Source of the DNA: Heterodontus francisci
Lineage: Eukaryota
Assembly: GCF_036365525.1 (NCBI RefSeq)
Contig: NC_090376.1
Location: 54,783,317-54,847,316 of the forward strand
Length of the DNA stretch: 64,000 nt
Reading direction: 5' to 3'
A program made the position numbers and the translations under genes. This document shows positions 34,560-47,700 of the stretch, piece after piece (position 1 is the stretch's first letter; each line of letters starts with the position of its first letter). A model generated the notes under the pieces. It was given only the letters and a program-made list of their open reading frames with translations. It made no database searches and was not told the origin of the DNA.

Positions 34560-36872
34560 TGTCACACACACTGGAAGTGCGATGATACAACAATCATGGA
34601 CTAACTCTGAAGAGTTATGAAAATGGACTTTGTTTTTAACAAATGAATCTTTATTTTAATAAGTGAACAATGGTCGAAAATGGCCACCAATGGAAAAGGG
34701 ATTGGCTTTTTGTGCAGTAAAAATAGAAACATAGTAAAAAATAGGAGCAGGAGTAGGCCATTCAGCCCTTCGAGCCTGCTCCGCGATTCATTATCATCAT
34801 GGCTGATCATCCAACTCAGTAGCCTGTTCCTGCTTTTGCCCCATACCCTTTGATTCCTTTAGACCCAAGAGCTCTATCTAACTCCTTCTTGAAAACATAC
34901 AATGTTTTGGCCCAACTGCTTTCTGTGGTAGCAAATTCCACAGGCTCACCACTCTCTGGGTGAAGAAATTTCTCCTCATCTCAGTCCTGAAAGGTTTACC
35001 CCATATCCTTAGACTATGACCCCTGGTTCTGGACTCCCCCACCATCGGGAACATCCTTCCTGCATCTACCCTGTCAAGTCCTGACAAAGAACAAATCTTC
35101 AAAGCTAAGAGGTGTCAATTGAACCCATCCTATATCTATCCTAAAACGTTCCAGAATTGAATGTCTTCTTCTGAAACAGAGGAAGTGTGAAGTAACCACA
35201 TCATGGGCCATTGTGCAATCACCATGGGGAAAAAAACCAGAGTGGCTCCTAACAGGAGGTGAGAGATAACAGCTTTACCATAAAAAAGACAGCCAGAGAG
35301 AGAGAAATGCTTGTGTTCCAGCCAAGCCAGAAAAAGTACATGCCCTGCTGCAGAAGCCGACATCTGCATTATACATCAGTGAGAGCTAGAAGTAACCCAC
35401 TGTCTTCAATTGAACCTTCAATTAAGAGAGAATTCTACACTCATCACAGGCCTGCATCCATCGAGAACTTGATTTCCAAGAGAATCCAACAGGTTTATCG
35501 TAACCTTCCCCCCACTAAAAGTCACCATTCTTTTTCCCTTCTCTATCTGTCACTTGTGCATGTGTGAGCAAATGTGCCAGTGGATATGGTTGCGACAATT
35601 TCGGGATAAGGAATATTGTACAATAAACAATTGACTTTCTGTTTTTAAAACCTACAAGAAAATCTGTTGTTCCGATCAGGTGAGGAGGGGTCAAAGGACT
35701 TGCCTCTTGTCCTCTCCTTGTTTGACCACAACAGGTTTATCACATTTTTAAGATGGATATACTTGCCAATTCAGAGTGTTTAACTATTTATGTACTATGA
35801 TCATAAATTAATCAATCGACAGGTTTTCTTGAGTTTAACAAACAAAGAGGTTAGTTTTAATGTACTTAAACCACTCTAAGTAAAATAATAAACTATGCTG
35901 CAACTTTCACACACGCATACTCGAGGTTCACACACATACACATACACACAAACAGCTTACAGATTGGGGAGGGATAGACTGGTCGAATTAGAGTCCAGAG
36001 AAATAAAAAGGGGTATACAATCTGTGGAGGTTGGAGACTCGGCTGGCTTCAGGCTAAATTCGAAGGTCCTGAGACTTCCGGTTCAAAGATTTGGATGGCT
36101 GATTCAGTGGTTCTCCTGGAGACAGCGATGTGAATGATTTCCTTCCAGGGATCTCTGTCTGCAGCAGTGATATGTGGCCAGCAGGAAGGTTATGAAGCTT
36201 GCAAGGTGGATTGGAGAGAGGGAGGCAGCACCCCACTTGAGTCTTCTCTGGTCAGTTTCTAGCTGCTTGTTTGATTGTTGCAGAGAAAACACCAACTTAA
36301 ACACACAAATGGAGGGCCTGTCACATGACCATCATCCAGTGATTAAACATGATGGTTACCTGTGTGTATTCCCTCTTGTAACTTAATCAGTCCATGTCTA
36401 GGAAACCCTTATCTCAAACAAGGTCCCATTGTTCAAATGATTAGGTTTGAGTGGTTCATCTCCACCAGTTTAATGTCCAAGTGATGGCCTTAATGGCTTG
36501 CTAATAGGAACAAGATAAGTAGTTTACTAAGATTTCCCAGGTCTTTGTTGTTGCTGGGACTGGGCAGACAATCCGTATCCACCTCAATTCACTGGAATGT
36601 GCTGTATAGTGATGCAAATTGGGGTGGCTATCTTAGCTGCTATTAGAATCACTTTTTATCTGTTTCTTTTTCTTTTAAATTTCATTCAGGTTTCCAGCCA
36701 GTGGATTAAAAAATCATCATTCGGCATTGCATGTTTGCGTGACACTGTCACTGTCTGTTTATTGGAAAATGAAACCATCAAGGGGCTAAACTCTAATACA
36801 AATACACTTGCTGTGGTTAGTCGAGGAGTTGAACAGTGAGAACCACCCACGTTACACCACGTGGTCATAACA
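34560..36872. mobile_element. Solo LTR (family A) with perfect TAAC TSD, containing a CR1 3' end (34722-35083, minus) and a second LTR
   Basis: TGTCACA...CATAACA termini. TAAC at 34556-34559 and 36873-36876. Collinear with 15043-15855 outside the inserts. Confidence 0.9.
35668..36744. mobile_element. Solo LTR (family B), 1077 bp, perfect CTGT TSD
   Basis: TGTTCCG...CGTGACA termini. CTGT at 35664-35667 and 36745-36748. Confidence 0.85.
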
Positions 36873-36899
36873 TAACAAAACAAATACCAACGAAAGAGC

Positions 36900-38990
36900 T
36901 GTCCCAACAGTGATCACCCCACAGTCCTGTGGTGACGACGTCCTTCATCATTTTGTTTGGCACTACTACCATAGGAAATGGGATAGATCAAGAACATAGT
37001 AACTCAAAACAGGGCATCCATGACACCTTGTGTGGCATCATCAGCCGCAGAATTGTATTCAACCATAATCTGTAATCCATGTCCTAGTATATCTCTCATT
37101 CTACCACCAACATCACGCCAAGGGGACCAACCCTGGTTCAATAAAAACTGTGCGTGCATGCCAGGAGCAGCACCAGGTGTACCTGAAAATGAGGCACCAA
37201 CCTGGTGAAACTACAACACAAGACTACATGCATGCTATACAGCAAAATCAGCTAGAGACAGAGCTAAGCAATCCCGGAACCAATGCATCAGCTCAAAGCT
37301 CTGCAGTACTGCCTCATCCAGTCGTGAATGGTGGTGGACAGTTAAACAACTAGCAGGAAGAGGAGGGTCCATGAATATCTCCATCTTCAATAATGGCCCA
37401 ACACATGAGTGCAAAATACAAGGCTGAAGCATTCACAACCATCTTCAGCCACAAGTGCCAAGTGGATGATCCATCTTGACTTCCTCCTGAGTCACCACCA
37501 TCACAGGTGCCAGCCTTCAACCAATTCAATTCATTCTACGTGATATAAAGAAATGACTGAGCGCACTGAATACAGAAAAGGCTATGGGCCCCGACAACAT
37601 TCTGGATGTAGTAATGAAGAACTGTACTCCTGAACAAACCGCATTTCTAGCCAAGCTACTGCAGTCCTACTACAACACTGCATCTACTTGACAAAGTGGA
37701 AAATTAACTAGATATGTCTTATCCACAAAAAGCAGGACAAATTCAACCTGGCCAATTACTGCCCCATCAGCCTACTCTCAATCATGAGCAAACTTATGGA
37801 AGGTGTCATCAACAATGCTACCAAGCTTACTCACAAGTAACCTGCTCTACGATGCTCAGTTTGTGTTCCGCCAGCACCAATCAGCTCCAGACCTCATTAC
37901 AGCCTTGGTCCAAGCTTGGACAAAAGGACTAAATTCCAAAGGTGAAGTGAGAGTGGCAGATGAGGTTCAATGCAGAGAAATGTGAAGTGATTCATTTTGG
38001 TAGGAAGAATATGGAGAGACAATATAGAATAAAGGGTACAATTTTAAATGGGGTGCAGGAGCAGAGAACCCTGGGTGTATATGTGCATAAGTCATTAAAG
38101 GTGGCAGGACAGGTTGAGAGAGCAGTTAATAAAGCATACAGTATCCTGGGCTTTACTAATAGGGGCATAGAGTACAAGAGCAAGGAAGTTATGTTGAACT
38201 TGTATAAAACACAAGTTCGGTCTCAGATGGAGTATTGCGTCCAGTTCTGGGCATTGCACTTTAGTAAAGACATGAGGGCACTGGAGAGAGTACAGAAAAG
38301 ATTCATGAGAATGGTTCCAGGGTTGAGAAATTTCAGTTATGAAGATAGATTAGAGATGTTAGGACTCTTTTCCTTGGAGAAGAGAAGGCTGAGGTGATTG
38401 ATAGAGGTATTCAAAATCATGAGGGGTCTGGACAGAGTAGATAGAGAGAAACTGTTCCCACTTGTGAAAGGAATGAAAACAAAAGGGCACAGATTTAAAG
38501 TATTGGGTAAGAGAAGCAAAAGTGACATGAGGAAAAACTTTTTCACGCAGCAAGTGGTTAAGGTCTGGAATGTGCTGCCTGAGAACATGGTGGAGGCAGG
38601 TTCAATTGAAGCATTCAAAAGGGAATTAGACTGTTATATGAAAAGGAAGAATGTGCCAGGTTATGGGGAGAACGCAGGGGAATGGAACTGAGGGAATTGC
38701 TCTTTCAGAGAGCCAGTGCCCACACGATGGGCCGAATGGCCTCCTGCTGCACTGTAATGATTTTGTGATTCCGTGAAGTGGGAAGTAACATTTTTGCCAC
38801 ACGTGCCAGGAAATCACCATTTCGCACAGGGGAGAGTCTAACTGCCTCCAATTGACATTCAATGGCATTACGATCATCAAATCCCCCACTATCAACATCC
38901 TGGGATAACTAATGACCAGACAATTAACTGGTCAGAAGCTGGTTATTCTGTGACAAGTGGCACACCTCCTGACTCTCCACACATAGCCTT
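36900..38990 (+). mobile_element. Degraded CR1-Zenon-like LINE interrupted by a CR1 3' fragment (37955-38770)
   Basis: Reverse-complement similarity to 45168-46912 (KAMGPDNI, NYCPISLLS, QFVFRQHQSAPDLIT). CR1 ORFs 37960-38397 and 38398-38691. Confidence 0.82.
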
Positions 38991-39477
38991 CTCACCATGT
39001 GGGGTAGGTACACCCACAGTGCTGTTATGAAGGGAATTCCAGGATTTTGACCCAGCAACAGTGAAGGAACGGCAATATGGTTCCAAGTCAAGATGGTGTG
39101 TGGCTTGGAGGGGAACTTCTATCCCACACAAAGCCACATTTACCCAACATGCCCACCTTTGCTGCCCTAGATTGTCTCCAGTGCTCCAATGCCTCAAATT
39201 TAAAATTTTTCGTCCTTGTGTTAACTTCCTCCATAGCTTTGCCCTTCTCTATCTCTTCCAGCTCTACAACACAGCACTCCCCCTGCGCACTCCATTCTTC
39301 TTTCTCCCCACTGTTGGCAGCCATTCCATCAGCTGCCCAGGTCCCATTCTCCAGAAATCCCCTCAAACCCCTCTGACTCTACAACCTGTCCTTCTTTGAA
39401 ACCCTCCTGAAAACCGAGCATTTGGTCATTCCTCCAAACATTTCTTTCTTTGGTTCGCTGTCTAATTGGCAGAAGGT

Positions 39478-40425
39478 AACAGATGGTGTTCTCCAGTATT
39501 ATGTACTGGGGCATCAGGATTTCATTATTTTTTAATGATGGGGGAAGGAATAGAGAATTGCATATCCAAGTTTGCAGATGGCAATAAGTTAGGAGGCACA
39601 GTAAGTTGCATCAATGGGAGCAGGAAGTTACAAAGGGACATAATGTGAGCAAATTTATAGCAGATGGGCTTCAATGTGGGGAAGTGTGATGTTATACATT
39701 TTGCATCTGAGAAAGATAAAATCAGATTTTTTTTTAATGGTGAAAGGTTGGAAGAAACTGTGGAGGAGCAAAGAGTTTTGGGAATCTATGTACACAAACA
39801 TTTGAAAGTTGATACACAGGCACGAAAAAATCCAAAAAGTTAATGGAATGTTGGCCTTTAAATTGAGTGGATTGTAGTTTAAAAGTGAAGAAGTGATGCT
39901 TCAGTTCTACAGTGCCTTGGTCCGAGCCCATCAGGAGTACTGCCTTCAGTTCTGGGCACTGCATCTCAGGAAGGATATATTGACCTTGGAAGGAGCAAAA
40001 CACAGATTCACCAGAACCAAACCAGGGCTTAAAGAGTTAAATTCTGATGCTCGGTTGCACAAACTTGGTCTGCAGCCCCTTGGGTTTTGACGCGGAAGAG
40101 GTGATCTAATCAAGGTAGTTAAAATGATAAAAGGATTTGATAAGGGTAGATTAAGAGAAATTATTTCCTCTGGTGAGGGAATCAAAAACAAGAGGGCAAA
40201 ATCTTAACGTTAAATCTAAGCCATTTAAGAGTGAAATCAGGAACACTTTTTCACGCAAAGAGTAGTGAAATCTGGAATTCTCTCTGCCAAAAGGCTATGG
40301 ATGCTGGGTCAAATGAAATTTTGAAGACTGAGATAAATAGATTTTTGTTAGGTAAGGGCATCAAGGAATAAGGATCAAAGGTGGGCAAATGGAATTGAGG
40401 TGCAGATTAGCCATGATCCAATTGA
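39478..40425 (+). mobile_element. Degraded CR1 RT 3' part
   Basis: ISKFADGNKLGG, YSALVRAHQEYCLQFW, ..FFTQRVV remnants. Confidence 0.8.
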
Positions 40426-41237
40426 ATTCATTTGCCATCTGTTTGGCAATCTACACTCTCCACACAAAGCAAAGGGAAAAGGGGCAGAGATCCATAACAT
40501 CAGCCCTTCAAACCCCATTACACTGCCGGGGATTCCCAGAATTTCTCTATGACTGGAAACTGGGCCTAATCCTGTCATGGGGTTAGGCAGAAGGTGTGTT
40601 TCTGTCCTCCCACTTCATTTTTTGGAAGATTTGCTTGTTGGGTATCCTAAAAACATGTCAAAAGCTATTGTGGCCTGCCCTCAGACTCCCGGAGGTCTAC
40701 AGGGTCCCAGCTGATGGCATGGAGGCCAGGTAAGATTCTTCAGTTACTCCCTCCCCCACAGGATGATTTCCAGCACAGAGACTCCTGGCTGCTGATCTCC
40801 ATCAGCAACCAGAAGACCTGGATCTCAAAGACCTGGAGCATAGCCATAGATCTAAAAGCCCTATAATTGGATTCAGACGTCATATCCAATGAACTGCAAA
40901 ACCCAGCCAGGGGGCAGACTAGTTTCTGGGGTTCTTCTGGGAAGGAAAAATGTGGGCAGTTGTCACCCTCAGGTGTCATGCACCTCAGTTGTGCTGTGCC
41001 TATCAGAAACCCAGCAAGAACCCAGAGAAAATGTACAATAATAGTTCTAACTGAAAGTCAACCACCAGCACATTGTGGTAGGAAGAATAGCTTTTTTCTG
41101 TGCTGCAATCTCTATGATTCTTTCATTTTTCTTATCGTTGGGACTATTCAATTCAGATCATTCGGCATATAACTAAAAATGCAATTTTTTTCCCTTTCTA
41201 TGCCATTTCAGAATCACAGTCGCTGTAACAAAGAAAT

Positions 41238-41672
41238 CTTCAATCTTTGGCCTCCTTGTCTCAAGAGACAATGGGTAAGCGCCTAGAGGTGGTCAGTGGT
41301 TTGTGAAGCAGCGCCTGGAGTGGCTATAAAGGCCAATTCTAGAGTGACAGACTCTTCCACAGGCGCTGCAGATAAAATTGTCGGGGCTGTTACACAGTTG
41401 GCTGTCCTTGCGCTTCTGTCTTTTTTCCTGCCAACTGCTAAGTCTCTTCGACTTGCCACTCTTTAGCCCCGCCTTTATGGCTGTCCGCCAGCTCTGGCGA
41501 TCGCTGGCAACTGACTCCCATGACTTGTGGTCAATGTCACAGGACTTCATGTCACGTTTGCAGACGTCTTTAAAGTGGAGACATGGACGGCCAGTGGGTC
41601 TGATACCAGTGACGAGCTCGCTGTACAATGCATCCTTGGGGATCCTGCCATCTTCCATGCAGCTCACATGTC
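41238..41672 (-). mobile_element. RTE-clade LINE 3' fragment with C-terminal C2H2-like finger
   Basis: GHVSCMEDGRIPKDALYSEL..RPTGRP..FKDVCKRDMK..WESVASDRQSWR..CSACGRVCHSRIGLYSHSRRC. Confidence 0.88.
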
Positions 41673-41863
41673 CAAAAAATAAGCAAATCATTACTGCACA
41701 ACTGACTAGTGTTTCATCCAAGTCTTCAGTGGGTGGTTGATACAGTTGTAACCAAGGAAAGAATCACCAGTAGTTCAGGGCATTTATCCAATGAAGAGCA
41801 ACTAAGTAGAGAAAACTACCCATTATAACTTAGCAAGGAGTCAAGTTCTTCAGGACAGGAGGA

Positions 41864-44755
41864 GAACAAAGAACAAAGAACAAAGAAAATTACAGCACAG
41901 GAACAGGCCCTTCGGCCCTCCAAGCCTACGCCGATCCAAATCCTCTATCTAAACCTGTCGCCTATTTTCTAAGGGTCTGTATCTCTTTACTTCCTGCCCA
42001 TTCATGTATCTGTCTAGATACATCTTAAAAGACGCTATCGTGCCCGCGTTTACCACCTCCGCTGGCATTGCGTTCCATGCACCCACCACCCTCTGCGTAA
42101 AGAACTTTCCACGCATATCCCCCCTAAACTTGTCCCCTTTCACTTTGAACTCGTGTCCCCTTGAAATTGAATCCCCCACTCTGGGAAAAAGCTTCTTGCT
42201 ATCCACCCTGTCTATACCTCTCATGATTTTGTACTCCTCAATCAGGTCCCCCCTCAACCTCCGTCTTTCTAATGAAAATAATCCTAATCTACTCAACCTC
42301 TCTTCATAGCTAGCGCCCTCCATACCAGGCAACATCCTGGTGAACCTCCTCTGCACCCTCTCCAAAGCATCCACATCCTTTTGGTAATGTGGCGACCAGA
42401 ACTGCACGCAGTATTCCAAATGTGGCCGAACCAAAGTCCTATACAACTGTAACATGACCTGCCAACTCTTGTACTCAATACCCCGTCCGATGAAGGAAAG
42501 CATGCCGTATGCCTTCTTGACCACTCTATTGACCTGCGTTGCCACCTTCAGGGAACAATGGACCTGAACACCCAAATCTCTCTGTACATCAATTTTGCCC
42601 AGGACTTTTCCATTTACTGTATAGTTCACTCTTGAATTGGATCTTCCAAAATGCATCACCTCGCATTTGCCCTGATTGAACTCCATCTGCCATTTCTCTG
42701 CCCAACTCTCCAGTCTATCTATATTCTGCTGTATTCTCTGACAGTCCCCTTCAGTATCTGCTACTCCAGCAATCTTAGTGTCGTCTGCAAACTTGCTAAT
42801 CAGACCACCTATACTTTCCTCCAAATCATTTATGTATATCACAAACAACAGTGGTCCCAGCACGGATCCCTGTGGAACACCACTGGTCACACGTCTCCAT
42901 TTTGAGAAACTCCCTTCCACTGCTACTCTCTGTCTCCTGTTGCCCAGCCAGTTCTTTATCCATCTAGTTAGTACACCTTGGACCCCATGCGCCTTCACTT
43001 TCTCCATCAGCCTACCATGGGGAACCTTATCAAACGCCTTACTGAAGTCCATGTATATGACATCTACAGCCCTTCCCTCATCAATCAACTTTGTCACTTC
43101 CTCAAAGAATTCTATTAAGTTGGTAAGACATGACCTTCCCTGCACAAAACCATGTTGCCTATCACTGATAAGCCCATTTTCTTCCAGATGGGAATAGATC
43201 CTATCCCTCAGTATCTTCTCCAGCAGCTTCCCTACCACTGACGTCAGGCTCACCGGTCTATAATTACCTGGATTTTCCCTGCTACCCTTCTTAAGCAAGG
43301 GGACAACATTAGCAATTCTCCAGTCCTCCGGGACCTCACCCGTGTTTAAGGATGTTGCAAAGATATCTGTTAAGGCCCCAACTATTTCCTCTCTCGCTTC
43401 CCACAGTCACCTGGGATAGATCCCATCCGGACCTGGGGACTTGTCCACCTTAATGCCTTTTAGAATACCCAACACTTCCTCCCTCCTTATGCCGACTTGA
43501 CCTAGAGTAATCAAACATCTGTCCCTAACCTCAACATCCGTCATGTCCCTCTCCTCGGTGAATACCGATGCAAAGTACTCGTTTAGAATCTCACCCATTT
43601 TCTCTGACTCCACGCATAACTTTCCTCCTTTGTCCTTGAGTGGGCCAATCCTTTCTCTAGTTACCCTCTTGCTCCTTATATATGAATAAAAGGCTTTGGG
43701 ATTTTCCTTAACCCTGTTTGCTAAAGATATTTCATGACCCCTTTTAGCCCTCTTAATTCCTCGTTTCAGATTGCGCCTACAATCCCGATATTCTTTCAAA
43801 GCTTCGTCTTTCATCAGCCGCCTAGACCTTATGTGTGCTTCCTTTTTCCTCTTAGCTAGTCTCACAATTTCACCTGTTATCCATGGTTCCCTAATCTTGC
43901 CATTTCTACCCCTCATTTTCACAGGAACATGTCTCTCCTGCACGCTAATCAACCTCTCTTTAAAAGCCTCCCACATATCAAAAGTGGATTTACCTTCAAA
44001 CAGCTGCTCCCAATCTACATTCCCCAGCTCCTGCCGAATTTTAGTATAGTTGGCCTTCCCCCAATTTAGCACTCTTCCTTTAGGACCACTCTCGTCTTTG
44101 TCCATGAGTATTCTAAAACTTACGGAATTGTGATCACTATTCCCAAAGTAGTCCCCTACTGAAACGTCAACCACCTGGCCCGGCTCATTTCCCAACACCA
44201 GGTCCAGTATGGCCCCTTCCCGAGTTGGACTATTTACATACTGCTCTAGAAAACCCTCCTGGATGCTCCTTACAAATTCTGCTCCATCTAGACCTCTAAC
44301 ATTAAGTGAATCCCAGTCAATGTTGGGAAAATTAAAATCTCCTATCACCACCACCCTGTTGCTCCTACATCTTTCCATAATCTGTTTACATATTTGTACC
44401 TCTATCTCACGCTCGCTGTTGGGAGGCCTGTAGTACAGCCCCAACATTGTTACCGCACCCTTCCTATTTCTGAGTTCTGCCCATATTGCCTCACAGCTCG
44501 AGTCCTCCATAGTGCCTTCCTTCAGCACAGCTGTGATATCCTCTTTGACCAGTAATGCAACTCCTCCACCCCTTTTACCTCCCTCTCTATCCCGCCTGAA
44601 GCATCGGTATCCTGGGATATTTAGTTGCCAATCATGCCCTTCCCTTAACCAAGTCTCAGTAATAGCATTAACATCATACTCCCAGGTACTAATCCAAGCC
44701 CTAAGTTCATCTGCCTTACCTACTACACTTCTTGCATTAAAACAAATACACCTCA
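41864..44755 (-). pseudogene. Young CR1 copy (same subfamily as 19301-22198), ORF2 broken by one in-frame TGA at 43407-43409
   Basis: ORFs 43407-44756 and 41949-43298 are in the same frame. YPR-TGA-LWE here versus YPRLLRE in the sister copy. (TTCTTTG)3 tail. Confidence 0.95.
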
Positions 44756-44796
44756 AGCGATAACATCAGCAAAGAGAAATGGGAGGAAAGAAGTCT

Positions 44797-47700
44797 CTGG
44801 CCAGATTTTTACTGTGCCATTTAGAGCAAATTTGGAGATGAGGGGGCCGTAAAATGGAAGCAGATTGTGATTGGCCTGAAGTCCGAAATCTTGGCATTGC
44901 TTCTGGAGGGCAGACTTCTGACATCGAAGTGGTGGGACACCAATTAAGGTACATTTCTAATTTTATCAATGGCACACGGGGACCACGAGGCTTCAGAGCT
45001 CCACCTGGTGAAATGAGGTGGCAAGGAAGTGGGAGATAATTGCTGGCTCTCTCAGGAAGCCATCGGGAAAGCCAGCGTGTGGTGGCAGGAAGGCTGGTGC
45101 ACACAGGGCACTGCCAGATTTTGGTAGAAGTGGGGAGAAGGTGCCAGGGTGTGTTTCCAGGGTCACATTTTTTTTATTCGTTCATGGGATGTGGGCATCG
45201 CTGGCTAGGACAGCATTTATTGCCCATCCCTAATTGCCCTTGAGAAGGTGCTGGTGAACTGCTTTCTTGAACCGCTGCAGTCCATGTGGGGTATGTACAC
45301 CCACAGTGCTGTTAGGAAGGGAGTTCTGGGATTTTGACCCAGCGACAGTGAAGGAACGGCGATATAGTTCCAAGTCAGGATGATGTGTGGCTTGGAGGGG
45401 AACTTGCAGGTGGTGGTGTTCCCATGCATCTGTTGCCCTTGTCCTTCTCGGTGGTAGAGGTTGTGGGTTTGGAAGGTGCTGTCTAAGGTACATTTGGTAC
45501 ATTTCTGCAGTGCATCTTGTAGATGGTACACTCTGCTGCCACTGTTCGTTGGTGGTGGAGGGAGTGAATGTTTGTGGATGGGGTCCCAATCAAGCGGGCT
45601 GCTTTGTCCTGGATGGTATCAAACTTCTTGAGTGTTGTTGGAGCTGCACCCATACAAGCACATGGAGAGTATTCCATCATACTCCTGACTTGTGCCTTGT
45701 AGATGGTGGACAGGCTTTGGAGTGTCAGGAGGTGAGATACTCGCCGCAGGATTCCTAGCCTCAGACCTACTCTTTTAGCCACAGTATTTATATGGCTACT
45801 CCAGTTCAGTTTCTGGTCAATGGTAGCCCCTAGGATGTTGATAGTGGGGGATTCAGTGATCATAATGCATGAATGTTAAGAGGAGATGGTTAGATTCTCT
45901 CTTGTTTGAAATAGTCATTGCCTGGCACGCGTGGCGTGAATATTACTTGCCACTTATCAGCCCAAGCCTGGATATTGTCCAGGTCTTGCTGCATTTCTAC
46001 ATGGACTGCTTCAGTATTTGAGGAGTCGCAAATGGTGCTGAACATTGTGCAATCATCAGTGAACATCCCCACTTCTGACCTTATGATTGAAGGAAAGTCA
46101 TTGATGAAGCAGCTGAAGATGATTGGCCTAGGACACTACCCCGAGGAACTCCTGCAGTGATGTCCTGGAGCTGAGATGATTGACCTCCAACAACCACAAC
46201 CATCTTCCTTTGCACTAGGTATGACTCCAACCAGCGGAGTGTTTTCCCCCGATTCCCATTGACTTCAGTTTTACTAGGACTCCTTGATGCCATACTCGGT
46301 CGAATGCTGCCTTGATGTCAAGGGCAGTCACTCTCACCTCACCTCTTGAGGTCAGCTCATTTGTCCATGTTTGAACCAAGGCCATAGTGAAGTCAGGAGC
46401 TGAGTGGCCCTGGCGGAACCCAAACTAAGCGTCACTGAGCATCACTGAGCCGGTTATCACGAAGCAAGTGCCGCTTGATAGCACTGTCTATGACATCTTC
46501 CATCACTTTACTGATGATCGAGAGTAGACTGATGGAGTTGGATTTGTCCTGCTTTTTGTGTACAGGCTATACCTGGGCAATTTTCCACATTGCAGGGTAA
46601 ATGCCAGTGTTCTAGCTTTACTGGAACAGCTTGGCTAGGGGCACAGCAAGTTCTGGAGCACAGGTCTTCAGTACTATTGCCGGAATGTTGTCAGGGCCCA
46701 TAGCCTTTGCAGTATCCAGGGCCTTCAGTCGTTTCTTGATATCACGTGGAGTGAATCGGATTGGCTGAAGAAGACTGGCATCTGTGATGCTGGGAACTGC
46801 AGCAGGAGGCCAAGATGGATCATCCATTCAGCACTTCTGGCTGAAGATTGTTGCAAATGCTTCAGCTTTATCTTTTGCACTAATATGCTGGGCTCCCCCA
46901 TCATTGTGGATGCATAGGGGCAGTGGCACTTGCTTCGAAAGATTCCAATAAAGCCTTACCTTTAATCAGTCCTGTTGTTGTACCTTTCATTTTGCATTTC
47001 ATCACCCAGCGCCCAGGTGCACAGTGGCAAGGCTGAGGAGCTGACCAGACATGCCTTTGTCCGTCGCTTCAAGTCTATTAAGGGTACAAGGATGTAGATA
47101 AATTCTCACAGGACAGCAAGAATTAGAATGAGAAGCAGCAACCATGAGTGAAAGATGTATTGAGACGCACAACAAAAACGAGACTTAACATCTACATATT
47201 GTAATCACCAGTGAACGCCAAATGCAGTGAGGTGCTCTTCTTAACTCTCATACAGGTGCTCCCATGAGGTTCTACCTCTACACCTACAGCTGAGGTAGAG
47301 ATAAGCTGCTGATCGGGCTGCCCATGGCTTGGGATGACCTTGGCGGCTGTCCTCTGGCTGCCTGAGGCCTGGAGCACTCCAGCATGCTGACAGGCTCCTG
47401 CACAGGAGCAGGATTCTCCTCTGTTGTTATGGTTTTTGAGGTGATGGAGCCACTGTCCACACCAAGAGCACCCTGAGAGGAGCCCCCATTAGCAAAAGTC
47501 AGCCACTCCTCCTCCCTTGCAAGGCACATTTGTACCTCCCTGCTCGCACGAGAAGGACGAGGACATGGTGGAGAATCCAGGTGTCTCATCTCCCTCTGGC
47601 TTTGCCATTGCTGCACTGAGCTCATGGACGAGGTGATGGCATGCAGGTCTGCGTGCATTTCTGGCATCCACTGAGTATTCTGCTGGATTAGGCTCTCCAT

